Notes: generated by a model not told the origin, from the letters alone. 64,000 nt of DNA from an uncultured Methanoregula sp. (GCA_964592875.1 CAZQGG010000009.1:2514-66513); one strand, 5' to 3'. Shown: positions 1-10,934, numbered from the stretch's first letter. Program-made: numbers and translations.

Positions 1-468
1 CATCCCGGCCGGACCGTTCCCGGTGTGGATATCGCACGATCATTCTCCCTTGCCGGGCTCCATGAAGCGGTAGCAGAGGCCGACTACGTGATCCTCTGTA
101 TCAACTACACCCCGGACCGGTTCCATCTCTTCGGGACTGCGGAGATTGCTGCCATGAAACCGGGAGCGTTCATCGTAAACGTTGCCCGGGGCGGCCTCCT
201 TGACCCGGATGCCCTGCTCCTCGCTCTCGAAACCGGGCATGTCCGGGGTGCCGGGCTCGACGTCTTCTGGGACGAGCCCGTGGACATGACGCATCCCCTC
301 TTCTCTGCTAACGTCATCGCCACCCCCCACATTGCCGGGGTCACGGATGTCTCGTACGAAGGTATTGCCCGGGCATTTGCAGAGAACATACAGCGGTATG
401 CGGAAGGAAAGACGCCGCTGTATCTCGCCAATGCACCTTCACGGGTGCGGCGTACGTTCGGGAAATGA
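1..468 (+). CDS. D-isomer-specific 2-hydroxyacid dehydrogenase, NAD-binding C-terminal part (5'-truncated by window edge)
   Basis: Motifs MKPGAFIVNVARGGLLD, GAGLDVFWDEP, TPHIAG; frame is open from base 1. Confidence 0.9.
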   Translation, partial: HPGRTVPGVDIARSFSLAGLHEAVAEADYVILCINYTPDRFHLFGTAEIAAMKPGAFIVNVARGGLLDPDALLLALETGHVRGAGLDVFWDEPVDMTHPLFSANVIATPHIAGVTDVSYEGIARAFAENIQRYAEGKTPLYLANAPSRVRRTFGK

Positions 469-504
469 TGAGGACGGGAAATCCTCCCATCACGTGACAT
501 CCCC

Positions 505-1446
505 TCACGTGAAAAATCCGCTTACCGAGCCGACAACAAGGACCATGGGCGTGCAGCTGAGGACAACGAGCACCGCAAGAATGACCAGCCATGCAAGGAT
601 CTCCGGTATCCTGCCAAGGGAGGTTACACGCGAGAGGGCCCGGGCTCCCCGGTCCATCACCGTTGCTCTTCCTCCGGGAGCCATATCCTCATCGCAGAAA
701 TGCGCCATGAACCGTACGGTGAAGACAATCATGGGCGGCCAGAGCCCGAGGGCGATGATTCCCCCGATGTACGGCACAAATGAGACCGCGTGGAGACCAT
801 AGGAGTAGAGCAGACCAACGAGCGTGACGACAGCGAGCGCAATGAAGTAGTTCAGGATCCCGATGCGGCTCATGGTTCCTTTGATTGCCAGGACGTTAAA
901 CGCCTCCCGCACATATCCCGTCCGGGCGAACCGTATGGCCCCGACAATCACGTACTGTACTGCAATGAAGAGGATCAGGAGCTGGATCGCCAGAAGGAGG
1001 AGGATCACGATCAATCCGGAGGTAGTTCCCTTCAGGAGGCCGGGCAGGATTCCCCCCTCGGCAACCAGGTACTGGATGTATGCTAAGACTGATGGAACAA
1101 TGATCCAGACCAGCGGGATCACATGGACCTTGATTCCGTCAAGACAGAGGGAGAGCCCGTGGTCGAACTCCGGCGGGGCTGCATCGCCCTTCAGGAGCCG
1201 CACAACATATCCCGAGATCAGGAAATAGCACAGGAGCCCGGCAAGGATCAGACCCCCGGCCTCTCCCCACGGCATGAGCGTCCAGCGGATCCGGGTGCCT
1301 TCGATGAGATCCAGGCTGCCGGCAAGCGATGAGAGCGCCAGCCACGGCAGGGCGAGCAGGATGAGGATCAGCCACCGGGACCATCGCCCGAAAAGGGTTG
1401 CCCGGGTAAAGGCAGCAGACTCACGGAGAAAATGGTTGACATCCAT
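505..1446 (-). CDS. DUF4013-like multi-pass membrane protein
   Basis: Hydrophobic helices; GYVVRLLKGDAAPPEFD and GAIRFARTG...AFN motifs typical of DUF4013; start placed at MDVNHF. Confidence 0.7.
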   Translation of the reverse strand: MDVNHFLRESAAFTRATLFGRWSRWLILILLALPWLALSSLAGSLDLIEGTRIRWTLMPWGEAGGLILAGLLCYFLISGYVVRLLKGDAAPPEFDHGLSLCLDGIKVHVIPLVWIIVPSVLAYIQYLVAEGGILPGLLKGTTSGLIVILLLLAIQLLILFIAVQYVIVGAIRFARTGYVREAFNVLAIKGTMSRIGILNYFIALAVVTLVGLLYSYGLHAVSFVPYIGGIIALGLWPPMIVFTVRFMAHFCDEDMAPGGRATVMDRGARALSRVTSLGRIPEILAWLVILAVLVVLSCTPMVLVVGSVSGFFT

Positions 1447-1549
1447 AACGTATCTGTTCAATGGTTTGCCGGGAGGGTACAAAAGGAAGCCGGTTGGACG
1501 GCGGTTCCCGCCCGAACCAGGAAAAGACCGTGTAAAAAAAGACGGGAGT

Positions 1550-2638
1550 TTAATCCCTCTTGCTCATAATGACCAGCGCAGCACAGATACCGATGCCGGC
1601 CAGGGGGATGAAGACCGGCAGCGGGGACTTTGTGGGCTGTGGCGTGGGCTTGGAGGTTACGCTGCCCGGAACGAGCGTCCCGGATACCGCCTCATAGCCT
1701 CCCCCGGTCACCGCGACCGATGAGGTCCAGTCCTGGTATCCGTTCTGGCGCAGCACGATGGTGTGGCTCCCGGCTGCGATGTCGGTGAGCACCATCGGAG
1801 TAACGCCCCGGTACGTGGTGTCAAGGTAGACGCTGGCACCCGAGGGAACGGAGCCGACGGTCAGCTGGCCGGTCGTGTCGGGCGAGGGTCCCGGGGTTAC
1901 GGGGACCATGGGCGCCGTGACCGTCTTCACATTGTTTGCCTGGACCGCCACAGTCTCCGAGTAGGTCTGGTAGTCCGTCATGGAGAGGCTGACTATGTAG
2001 CTTCCCGGCAGCAGCTGGGTGACATGCACGGGATCATTCGGGTACGTGGTGCCCATATACTGGCCGTTCACGGTGACCGCTGCACCCGGGGGAACTGACT
2101 GGACCTGGAGGGCGCCGTAGGGAGACGACTGCGGGTAGGGCGTCATCCCGGGACCGAGAGTGGTGGTGCTGTCAGCGGTGATCGTGAAATATTCCTCGTG
2201 ATCGTAATAGCCGGCTTTCTTGAGGAGGAGGGTATGGCCACCCGGGGAGAGCGGCATCGTCTGGTCGCCGTTCCCATGGTAGATCCCATCTACGTAGATA
2301 TCCGCACCGAAGGAGGAGATGTCGAGGTAGCCGGACGATACCGGGGTTGGGTCGAGGTATGCGTTGACCACGGTCGTGCCGTAATCATCCAGGTAGACGC
2401 TGTCACTCCATGTCTGGTACCCGGGCAGGGAGACAACGATCGTGTGCCAGGAGTTGGGCGTGGCCGCGAAATCGTCGGGGGTTATGTAGCCGCAGTGATA
2501 GTCTACACAGAAGGAGGCTCCCGAGTGGTTCGAGTAAACACGGAACTGAGCGGTGTCGGCCGCAACCGGGGAGATCAGGACAACGAGACAGACAAGAATT
2601 AATCCCATGAACAGAAGGGATCGGCCATACAGGGTCAT
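1550..2638 (-). CDS. PEGA-domain cell-surface protein
   Basis: Signal peptide, repeated SVPxGAxVxxxGxYxGxTP PEGA units, C-terminal PTKSPLP + TM + basic tail; start placed at MTLYG. Confidence 0.85.
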   Translation of the reverse strand: MTLYGRSLLFMGLILVCLVVLISPVAADTAQFRVYSNHSGASFCVDYHCGYITPDDFAATPNSWHTIVVSLPGYQTWSDSVYLDDYGTTVVNAYLDPTPVSSGYLDISSFGADIYVDGIYHGNGDQTMPLSPGGHTLLLKKAGYYDHEEYFTITADSTTTLGPGMTPYPQSSPYGALQVQSVPPGAAVTVNGQYMGTTYPNDPVHVTQLLPGSYIVSLSMTDYQTYSETVAVQANNVKTVTAPMVPVTPGPSPDTTGQLTVGSVPSGASVYLDTTYRGVTPMVLTDIAAGSHTIVLRQNGYQDWTSSVAVTGGGYEAVSGTLVPGSVTSKPTPQPTKSPLPVFIPLAGIGICAALVIMSKRD

Positions 2639-2764
2639 AGTACCTGAATATCCGGCGATTGTATAAAAAAGAACAGGATTTGATCCAGAGGCTGCCGGAA
2701 AGAGATCCTCTGCGAAAGGAGTTGCACAACACACATACTAGATAGTGCGAAAACAGCTCTTGCG

Positions 2765-3667
2765 TTACAGCGCTACCGGATCGGTGGTGGGTTTTATCTC
2801 ATCCACCCGGGTGATCTGTACCCAGATATCCCCATAGAACTCCTCCTGCCGGAGGGAACACCGCCCGTCAAGGGCAAGGAAGAGGAGCGGGATAAATACC
2901 TCGGGAATGCCCCAGTCCATCCGTTTGCAGAGCTCGGCAAGCGTCATCTCCTCTTCGATCTCGAGCCCTTCGAGGTACTCCGCCAGCCGCTCCATCGTGG
3001 ATTCCTGGTACCCCTCATCGTGGGCGATGCTGACCACATCCTCGGCATCCATCAGGAAGTCCGTGTCATCCCGGGGTTCTGAGGCCATGCGCCGGCGCCT
3101 TCGATCCTCCTTCTCGATGTTCTTCAGTTCGGTGATCAGCTCGAAGAGCGTTGTCGGGCTCTTGCGCATATTCTTCCGGTCGAGCCGACGCTGGATCTCG
3201 TGCTCCAGCCGCTCCATGGGCCCGAGCCTGCCGTGATATTCGGTGTCGTCGGTCCCGCTCGCCCCGAATATGTCTCCGAAGAGATCGTCCTCCTCACCCT
3301 CGCCGCCGTCTTCGGGCTCATCCGGGACAATCAGCAGCTCGGACTTCATCCGCAGGAGCGTGGAGGCGTAAAAGAGGGTCCGTCCCGAGATCTGGAGGTT
3401 GAGTTCCCGGCGCCGTTCCAGTTCGGAGAGGAAGCGGTCCGTTACCTCGATGATGTTGATGTTCCACGGATCGATCTCCCCGCGTTCGGCAAGTCCCACC
3501 AAGATCTCGACCGGGTCCTCGACTACACCCTGAGGGGGTGCATACGCTGCCGGTGCATCCTCCTGCGGTTCGGGGGCCTCCGGGGCCGTGCCGTCCGGCA
3601 TAACCGGCTCTCCCGGAATGGTGACCGGGACGGCTGCCGGGTCCGGGACGGGCGGTTCTTCAGCCAT
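2765..3667 (-). CDS. scpA: Segregation and condensation protein A (kleisin)
   Basis: DPVEILVGLAERGEIDPWNINIIEVTDRFL, LLRMKSE, C-terminal FIPLLFLA..G...L.QEEFYGDI; overlaps the smc stop. Confidence 0.93.
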   Translation of the reverse strand: MAEEPPVPDPAAVPVTIPGEPVMPDGTAPEAPEPQEDAPAAYAPPQGVVEDPVEILVGLAERGEIDPWNINIIEVTDRFLSELERRRELNLQISGRTLFYASTLLRMKSELLIVPDEPEDGGEGEEDDLFGDIFGASGTDDTEYHGRLGPMERLEHEIQRRLDRKNMRKSPTTLFELITELKNIEKEDRRRRRMASEPRDDTDFLMDAEDVVSIAHDEGYQESTMERLAEYLEGLEIEEEMTLAELCKRMDWGIPEVFIPLLFLALDGRCSLRQEEFYGDIWVQITRVDEIKPTTDPVAL

Positions 3668-6600
3668 TGGCCTTTACCCCGGTAACAAGGGTGCTCTTAT
3701 CGGACCGGAGGGTCACTCCCATGATCCGCTGGGCTGCATCGATCATCGGCTTTCGTAAGGAGACGATGACGAACTGGGAGTTGGGGGCAAGGTCCGTGAC
3801 CATGGAAGCGATCCGCTCCACATTTGCCCCGTCGAGCGACATGTCCACTTCATCAAAGGCATAGAACGGTGCGGGGATGTAGTGCTGGATCGAAAAGATG
3901 AAGGCGAGCGTGGTGAGCGACTTCTCTCCGCCGGAGAGGGAGTTTAAGAGGTGCACCTTCTTGTCCCGGGGCTTCACGGCAAACGTCATCCCGCCGGCAA
4001 ACGGGTTCTCCTCGTTCTCCAGGACCAGGTTGCCACTCCCGCTCGTGAGACGGGCGAAGATCTGGCGGAAATTCGTATCGATAGCCTTGAAGGCGGTCGT
4101 GAAGGCCTCGAACTTCATCTTCTCGAACGTCTCGATCCGCTCGATTAAGGTCTCCCGCTCGGTGGAGAGGGTCTCTTTCCGCTCCGTCCGCTCGTTCACC
4201 TGCCGCTCCACCTTCTCATACTCCTCGATGGCGAGCATGTTGACGGCACCGATCTTGCGTAATGCCCCGTCCGCTTCCGCGATCTTCCCCTCGATCTCCG
4301 AGAGCGTCAGGGTCGTGTCCATCTCCCCGACCTGCTGCTTCAGCATCTCGATCTCGATACCGAGCGTTTTCGCCCGCTCCTCGATGGCGGTGAGCTGGTT
4401 CGTGATCCGCTCACGCTCGGCATCGAGCTTCATCAGTTTGAGTTCGGATTCCTGGATGTGCTTCGTCACTTCGCTGCGTTTTCCCCGCAGCTCGTCGAGT
4501 TCCCCGCTGAACTCCTTCTGCCGTTCCTCCAGCACTGCGATCTGGGCCTTGTGACCGGCAATCTGCTCGTTCGAACTGGCGATCTCCCCGTCGATCTGCC
4601 GGTTGCGCTCGTCCTGCCGGTTGCGTTCCTCGGCGAGTTCAGTGAGGCGGGCCGTGAAGTGCTGGCGTTCCCGCTGGGCATCGTTGACATCCGCTTCCTT
4701 GTTTCGAAGCCGGCGCTCGAACTCCTCGATCTCTTTCCTCTTCTTCTCCATCTGCTCGGTGAGGGCAGGGATGTTGGTGTCATCAAGGCGCTTCTTGATG
4801 GCATCCATCTCGCCGTTCAGCACGCCAATCTCAGCGGTGATCGCGTCGAGACCGGTCTCAAGGGAGGTCAGTTCCGAGGCGCCGTTCTTTGTCTCTTCCT
4901 GCTGGCGGGCGACCGCAGATTCGATGGTCTGCTTCTCGACCGTGATCGCATCGAAGCGCCGGGAGAACTCTTCGGTGAACATCCCGAACCGGGCCACCTT
5001 CTGGTCGATCTCGTTCCTTGCGCCCCGTTTCGCATCCACCTCTTCCGTGAGCCGCTGGACCGCAGCTTCGATGGTCGCAGCCTCACCCTGCAGCTCGCCG
5101 AGACGCGAACGGAGGCGGATGATCTCGTCATCCACGGCGGCACCAAACCCGCGGGGACCGGCCTGCTTCCGGGCCGAACCGCCGGTCATCGCCCCGCTCC
5201 GCTCGATCAGTTCGCCTTCGAGCGTCACCATGCGGTATTTCCCGATCAGTTTCCGTGCCCGTTCCAGCGTATCGACAACCACCGTGCCGCCCAGCACCAC
5301 CGAGAAGGCCCGGTCGTATTTCGGGTCGTAGTCGAGCAGGTTGACGGCATAGTCGATGACGCCCGGTTCTTTCAGGGGAGGCAGCTGCGGGGGTTTGAGC
5401 TTGTTTAAGGGGAGGAGGGTGACTCTCCCGAGCCGCTCCTCCTTCAGGTACCGGATCGCGTCGGCAGCGATCTGGTCGGTGTCGCAGACCACGAACTGGA
5501 GCTTGTTGCCGGCGGCAGTATTCAGGGCCACCGAGTACTCGGCCGGAGCCTTGGCAAGATCGGCGATGGTCCCGTGCACGCCTTCCATTGCGGCAACTGC
5601 CTCGATGGCCCGACCGCCGGACTCCCCCCGGGCCTGCTGGGCTGCTTCGAGCCGGAAGACGTCCTGCTCGGCAGAACGGATCTCCTTCTGGAGACGTTCC
5701 TGCGTAGTGCGCTGGGCAAAGAGGCTTCCTTCCAGTTCGGAGAGGTTCCGGTCAAGGGCCTTCTTCTCGGCTGCGAGATCCTCGATGCTCTTCCGGCTGT
5801 CGGAGAGCTGGGTCTGCTTTGCGGCATACTCCTCGTCCAGCTGACGGAGCAGGCCGGTGAGCCGTTCGAGCTCGGAGGTCCGCATCCGGCTCTTCTCGAT
5901 GAGGATGTCCTGCTGGTGGAGGATCTCCGACCGGCTGCCCTTCTTCACCTCGATCTCCTTGATGAGGTTGAAGAGCTTGTCGCGGGCGCCTTCCGTGTCC
6001 TCGCTGTGCTGCTTTAGCTCGGTCTCGACCTTTTCCAGCTGCGCCTTTGTGGTCGCGACCTCCATCGCGATATTTGTCCGGTCAATGGAGAGGGTCCGGA
6101 TCTGGTCGGTGCATTCCGTCACCCGGGCCTCGGCCCGTTTCGTATCCATGTAGACGCGGTTGATCGCCTCGAGATTCGTCTCCTTCTCCTTCTTCATCCG
6201 GACGATCGCCTGCTCGGCTACCTTGATCCCGCCCTTCGCCTCTTCGAGTTCAGCGATCAGCTTCAGGTAGTCGGCCCCGCTCTTCTTGTTGATCAGGTCG
6301 TCGATGTCGGTTAAGTCCGCCTTGAGGTACGAGAGTTCGTTCTCCTCGATGCCCCGGTCCGACGCGATCCGGGTGAGCTGGATACGGTGATCTTCGGTTG
6401 AGCGCTGGAGGGAGACGAACTCCTTCTCCCGCTCGTGGAGCTGGGCGGCGGAGCGGCAGTTCTGGTAGTACGTGAGCTCGTCCTGCCACTTCTTGTATTC
6501 GAGGGCATGGGTTCGCTCCCGTTTCAGCTCGCCCGCCCGCCGGGTCAGTTCGAGCAGGAGCAGTTCTTCCCGCTCGATCCGCTCCCGGACAATATCGAGT

Positions 6601-7106
6601 TCGGCCAGGGACTGCTGTTTCTTGGTGTCGAACTCGGAGACGCCCGCGATCTCATCGATGATCTTCCGGCGTTCGAAGTCGCTCATCTCCATGATGCGGG
6701 TGACATCGCCCTGCATCACGACATTGTAGCCGTGGGGGATGATCCCGGACTTTGCGAGATGGTCGACGATGTCGCTCTGCTTACAGAGCCGTTCGTTCAG
6801 GTAGTTGTAGCTGTAGTACCCGTTTGCAGTCCGCTTGATCCGGCGCCGGATCTTCGTGCCATCGGAAAATTCCAGCGCAACCTCGGCGGTGTTCCGGCCG
6901 GAGTTCAGGTTGATCAGGTCGGTGAGTTTCTCGGCCCGCAGGTTGCGGGAACTGGACAGGGCAAGGACAAAAAGAATGGAGTCGATGATATTGGATTTTC
7001 CGGACCCATTCGGTCCGGATATGACAGTGAAACCTTCAAGAAAGGGAATTTTTGTCTTTTTTGCAAAAGACTTGAAGTTATCGATCTCAAGCCCTGTGAT
7101 ATGCAA
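3660..7106 (-). CDS. smc: Chromosome segregation protein SMC
   Basis: Walker A GPNGSGKS, long coiled coils with hinge, signature LSGGEKS, Walker B FDEVD; 1148 aa. Confidence 0.98.
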   Translation of the reverse strand: MHITGLEIDNFKSFAKKTKIPFLEGFTVISGPNGSGKSNIIDSILFVLALSSSRNLRAEKLTDLINLNSGRNTAEVALEFSDGTKIRRRIKRTANGYYSYNYLNERLCKQSDIVDHLAKSGIIPHGYNVVMQGDVTRIMEMSDFERRKIIDEIAGVSEFDTKKQQSLAELDIVRERIEREELLLLELTRRAGELKRERTHALEYKKWQDELTYYQNCRSAAQLHEREKEFVSLQRSTEDHRIQLTRIASDRGIEENELSYLKADLTDIDDLINKKSGADYLKLIAELEEAKGGIKVAEQAIVRMKKEKETNLEAINRVYMDTKRAEARVTECTDQIRTLSIDRTNIAMEVATTKAQLEKVETELKQHSEDTEGARDKLFNLIKEIEVKKGSRSEILHQQDILIEKSRMRTSELERLTGLLRQLDEEYAAKQTQLSDSRKSIEDLAAEKKALDRNLSELEGSLFAQRTTQERLQKEIRSAEQDVFRLEAAQQARGESGGRAIEAVAAMEGVHGTIADLAKAPAEYSVALNTAAGNKLQFVVCDTDQIAADAIRYLKEERLGRVTLLPLNKLKPPQLPPLKEPGVIDYAVNLLDYDPKYDRAFSVVLGGTVVVDTLERARKLIGKYRMVTLEGELIERSGAMTGGSARKQAGPRGFGAAVDDEIIRLRSRLGELQGEAATIEAAVQRLTEEVDAKRGARNEIDQKVARFGMFTEEFSRRFDAITVEKQTIESAVARQQEETKNGASELTSLETGLDAITAEIGVLNGEMDAIKKRLDDTNIPALTEQMEKKRKEIEEFERRLRNKEADVNDAQRERQHFTARLTELAEERNRQDERNRQIDGEIASSNEQIAGHKAQIAVLEERQKEFSGELDELRGKRSEVTKHIQESELKLMKLDAERERITNQLTAIEERAKTLGIEIEMLKQQVGEMDTTLTLSEIEGKIAEADGALRKIGAVNMLAIEEYEKVERQVNERTERKETLSTERETLIERIETFEKMKFEAFTTAFKAIDTNFRQIFARLTSGSGNLVLENEENPFAGGMTFAVKPRDKKVHLLNSLSGGEKSLTTLAFIFSIQHYIPAPFYAFDEVDMSLDGANVERIASMVTDLAPNSQFVIVSLRKPMIDAAQRIMGVTLRSDKSTLVTGVKANG

Positions 7107-7120
7107 AGATCCCGCTCCTC

Positions 7121-7669
7121 TTACTTTGCAGAATCTTTCTTAGTGTCTTCGGCCGCGTAGATCAGATCGCTCTGTTTGGGCTGGCTGGACGAGCCTTTCT
7201 TGTTCCTGCCATAGCCGGCACGGGCAACAATGTAGTCCTTCTCCCCGCGCCGGGGTTCGAGCTTCATGGTGCCGTCGGGCTGCATGATCATCTCCATGGA
7301 GGGTTCCTCGGGGGCTTCGGGAACATCGGGCTGGTGGCTCTTGGGCCGGATGATTGTGCTGCCGGAGGTGGACTGGTACGAGGGGGCGGCTGCCGGTGCT
7401 GCTGCAGATCCCTGCTGGACGATCGGTCCCCGTTTCAGTTCCTGGCGGCTGCGCTCTTCGGTCTGCTTGGACATCTTGATCGCAATGGCCTTGAGGTCAA
7501 GCAGTTCCTGCGTCAGTCCCTTGACGAGCGCCTCTATCTCCCGTACCTTCTTTTCGAGGGTTGCAATGCGATCCTCGCTGGCTCCTGAACTTTCCATCAT
7601 CTGAATCAGTCTCTCCTGTTGATCGAGTTCGTGTTCAAGGTATTTGATCTTTGCATCGGGCTGCGTCAT
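7121..7669 (-). CDS. Conserved hypothetical protein with N-terminal coiled coil
   Basis: Coiled-coil segment LEKKVREIEALVKGLTQELLDLK, IMQPDGTMKLEPR motif; start placed at MTQPD; directly upstream of smc. Confidence 0.7.
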   Translation of the reverse strand: MTQPDAKIKYLEHELDQQERLIQMMESSGASEDRIATLEKKVREIEALVKGLTQELLDLKAIAIKMSKQTEERSRQELKRGPIVQQGSAAAPAAAPSYQSTSGSTIIRPKSHQPDVPEAPEEPSMEMIMQPDGTMKLEPRRGEKDYIVARAGYGRNKKGSSSQPKQSDLIYAAEDTKKDSAK

Positions 7670-7766
7670 ACGCATTACACTTACTGTAACTGGTGCGGCG
7701 CATTCCTTAATTAATATAGTAGTGATCGTCAGATGAATAGAAAAGCGTTTTGCTTGATATTTGCCC

Positions 7767-7995
7767 CTTATATCTGATATCAGGGAAGATGAGGAGCCGG
7801 CTTTAGAAAACAACGGCAATGCATCCGCGTAGTAACGGGCCGGAGGAGGGTCTTCTAGGGGACACAAGATGTCTTGGAACTCGAAGGTCAGCTGATGCCT
7901 CCCGTCTCCCCCTGCAATCCTGAGGACCCCGTAGGACGCTCGAAGAATTGCTATGCAATTCTTCTCGTCCTCAAGGTTCTTCGAACCTTTCGGAA
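7767..7995 (+). ncRNA. Candidate structured RNA or long leader upstream of glyA (unassigned family)
   Basis: TATA-like CTTATATCT at 7767-7775; hairpins 7933-7971 and 7973-7989; no credible ORF; no known family matched. Confidence 0.3.
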
Positions 7996-8034
7996 AGAAA
8001 AGGTATTACCCCTTAAGAACCAACTCTTCTGCAT

Positions 8035-9273
8035 ATGTCGTATCTGTCAAAAACGGATCCGGAAATCGCCAATATCATCGAAAATGAACGGCTCCGTCAG
8101 CTCAACGGTCTCGAAATGATCGCCTCCGAAAACCTTGTCTCGCGGGCAGTGCTCGAAGCGATGGGGTCCATCATGACCAACAAGTATGCCGAGGGATACC
8201 CGGGCAAGCGCTACTATGGCGGCTGCGAGTTCCACGACCAGGCAGAGAACCTGGCCCGCGACCGGCTGAAGAAGCTCTTCGGAGCCGAATATGCCAATGT
8301 CCAGCCCCACTCGGGCACCCAGGCCAACATGGCGGTCTATTTTGCGTACATGAAGCTGGGCGAGAAGATCCTCTCCATGAAGCTCAACCAGGGTGGCCAC
8401 CTCTCCCACGGTTCCCCGGTCAGCTTCACCGGTAAGTTCTACCAGGTGGCACAATACGGGGTTGACCCGAAGACCGAGATGCTCGACTACGGCGCAGTCG
8501 CGGAGATGGCAAAGAAGGAGAAGCCGCAGATCATCGTCTGCGGTGCCTCAGCCTACCCCCGTACCATCGATTTCAAGGCATTCCAGGAGATCGCTGACGA
8601 TGTCGGCGCCTACTGTATGGCAGATATCGCCCACATCGCCGGTCTCGTTGCCACCGGCCTCCACCCGACATCGGTCGGTGTCGTGAACTTCACCACAACG
8701 ACCACACACAAGACCCTCCGCGGACCCCGTGGCGGCGCCATCATGTGCAACGCAGATCTCGGCGTGGCTATCGATAAGGCCGTCTTCCCGGGCATGCAGG
8801 GTGGCCCCCTGATGCACACGATCACCGCAAAGGCGGTCTGTTTCGAAGAAGCACTCCAGCCCTCGTTCAAGGAATACAACAAGCAGATCATCAAGAACGC
8901 CAAGGTGCTCGCGGAGACCCTGATGGCAAACGGTCTCCGGCTCGTCTCCGGCGGCACCGACAACCACCTGATGCTCCTTGACTTAACAGAGCAGGGCATC
9001 ACCGGTCTTGAGGCCGAGACCGCACTCGGGAAGGCCGGGATCACGGTCAACAAGAACACCATCCCGAACGAGACCAAGAGCCCGTTTGTCACGAGCGGCC
9101 TGCGGATCGGCACCCCGGCCATCACCTCCCGCGGCATGAAAGAGGCCGAGATGCGCCTCATCGGGAACTGGATTGGAACCGTGGTCAAGGATATCCACAA
9201 CGAAGCGGCCATTAAGGATGTCCACGCCAAGGTCGAGGCAATGGCAAGCCGTTTCCCCCTCTACCCCGAATAA
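8035..9273 (+). CDS. glyA: Serine hydroxymethyltransferase
   Basis: [27 protein letters not shown]-lysine motif [14 protein letters not shown]. Confidence 0.98.
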   Translation: MSYLSKTDPEIANIIENERLRQLNGLEMIASENLVSRAVLEAMGSIMTNKYAEGYPGKRYYGGCEFHDQAENLARDRLKKLFGAEYANVQPHSGTQANMAVYFAYMKLGEKILSMKLNQGGHLSHGSPVSFTGKFYQVAQYGVDPKTEMLDYGAVAEMAKKEKPQIIVCGASAYPRTIDFKAFQEIADDVGAYCMADIAHIAGLVATGLHPTSVGVVNFTTTTTHKTLRGPRGGAIMCNADLGVAIDKAVFPGMQGGPLMHTITAKAVCFEEALQPSFKEYNKQIIKNAKVLAETLMANGLRLVSGGTDNHLMLLDLTEQGITGLEAETALGKAGITVNKNTIPNETKSPFVTSGLRIGTPAITSRGMKEAEMRLIGNWIGTVVKDIHNEAAIKDVHAKVEAMASRFPLYPE

Positions 9274-9294
9274 CCTTTTTAGCCAGGAGTTGTC

Positions 9295-10143
9295 ATGAGC
9301 ACGATCCTCGACGGGAAAAAGACGTCCGAAAAGCGCCTTGAGATCCTCAAAGAGGAGATCGAAAAGGCAGATATCCATCCGCACCTTGCAACGGTGATCG
9401 TGGGTAATGACCCCGCGTCGCAGATGTACGTGCGGATGAAACACAAGGCCTGCGAGAAGGTCGGGATCGTATCGGTGGGTATTGAGCTCCCTGCCGATGC
9501 AACCACCCGCACGGTGGTCGACAGGGTCCGGGCACTGAACCGCGATGCCAAGATCGACGGTATTCTCGTCCAGCTTCCCCTGCCATCGCAGATCGATACC
9601 GAGCGGGTGATAGGCGCCATCGACCCGGAGAAGGACGTGGACGGTTATCACCCGGAGAATATGGGACGCCTCTTTTTGGGAAAGCCCCGCTTCTCCTCCT
9701 GCACACCGGCGGGAATCATGACGCTCCTTGCTGAATACCAGATACCCATTGCCGGGGCAAAGGCGGTGGTCGCCGGCCGGAGTATCGATGTGGGCCGCCC
9801 CATGGCAGCGCTGCTCTTAAACGCCGATGCAACCGTCACGATCTGCCACAGTAAGACGAAAGACCTTGCCGCCGAACTGCAGCGGGCGGACATCCTCGTC
9901 TCTGCCATCGGCAAACCGCATTTCATCACGGCAGAGATGGTGAAGGACGATGCCGTTGTCATCGATGTCGGCATCAACCAGTTATTTGGGAAACTGGTCG
10001 GGGACGTGGACTTTGAGGCCGTGCAGGAGAAGGTCTCGGCCATCACCCCGGTGCCGGGCGGTGTCGGCCCCATGACGATCGCAACCCTGATGGAGAACAC
10101 CTTCCGTTCGGCAAAGGAGAGGGCATGCGATCGTGTACTGTAA
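9295..10143 (+). CDS. folD: Bifunctional methylenetetrahydrofolate dehydrogenase/cyclohydrolase
   Basis: [43 protein letters not shown]. Confidence 0.97.
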   Translation: MSTILDGKKTSEKRLEILKEEIEKADIHPHLATVIVGNDPASQMYVRMKHKACEKVGIVSVGIELPADATTRTVVDRVRALNRDAKIDGILVQLPLPSQIDTERVIGAIDPEKDVDGYHPENMGRLFLGKPRFSSCTPAGIMTLLAEYQIPIAGAKAVVAGRSIDVGRPMAALLLNADATVTICHSKTKDLAAELQRADILVSAIGKPHFITAEMVKDDAVVIDVGINQLFGKLVGDVDFEAVQEKVSAITPVPGGVGPMTIATLMENTFRSAKERACDRVL

Positions 10144-10934
10144 ATAAACTCGTTATCGGCGGGGATGCCCCGCCCCGCGTGATGGGCGTTCTCAATGTCA
10201 GCCCGGAATCCTTCTACCACGACTCGTTTATCCCGACTCCGGAGATCCACAAGAAAGCGGTCGAGATGATCGAAGCGGGGGCAGACATGCTCGATGTCGG
10301 AGCACGGAGCACGGCCCCAAATGCACAGGCGATCAGCGGGTCCGAAGAGGCCAGCCGGATCGATGCTGCCTTGAAAGAACTGGACGGGACCGGCTTCACC
10401 ATCTCGGTGGATACGATGAACCCATGGGTGCTGGACGTCTGCCTGAAGCACGAGATCCATGCCGCCAACGATATTGCCGGGTTTGCATCGCCCGCATATG
10501 TCCAGCGCGTGGCACAGGCCGGTCTGCCGGCATTTGTGATGGCAACGGATTACATCCCGGGCGATGCGGTTGGTATTGAGGCAACCAGCGCCACGCTCGC
10601 AACCGTGATCGGGCGGTGCGAAGCCGCCGGGATCGACAACTATGTGCTCGACCCGGGCATCGGGATCTGGACGCCGTACCGCTCCTACGATGACAACTGG
10701 GAACTCTGCCGGCACTTCGAGGAGTTTGCCCGGTTCGACCGCCCGCTCCTCGCCGCGATTTCACGGAAGAGTTTCATCGGGGATCTGGTGAAACGGGAGC
10801 CGGAGGAGCGGCTCGCGGGAAGCCTAGCCGTGACCCACTTCCTTTTAGGGAAGAGGGCGTCGATCGTTCGCACGCACGATGTGAAGGAGACCGTGGACGC
10901 GATCAAGGTATACGGACGGATGGTGAGGCCGTGA
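10125..10934 (+). CDS. folP: Dihydropteroate synthase (archaeal type)
   Basis: [40 protein letters not shown]. Confidence 0.92.
   Translation: MRSCTVNKLVIGGDAPPRVMGVLNVSPESFYHDSFIPTPEIHKKAVEMIEAGADMLDVGARSTAPNAQAISGSEEASRIDAALKELDGTGFTISVDTMNPWVLDVCLKHEIHAANDIAGFASPAYVQRVAQAGLPAFVMATDYIPGDAVGIEATSATLATVIGRCEAAGIDNYVLDPGIGIWTPYRSYDDNWELCRHFEEFARFDRPLLAAISRKSFIGDLVKREPEERLAGSLAVTHFLLGKRASIVRTHDVKETVDAIKVYGRMVRP

Noticed and set aside
7750-7930. THF or glycine riboswitch upstream of glyA (partial matches TGCATCCGC, CTCGAAGG, AATCCTGAGG)
   Set aside because: The matches are short; the THF core GCGUUAAGUG/GGGAUG and the glycine CUCUCAGG are not properly present or spaced.
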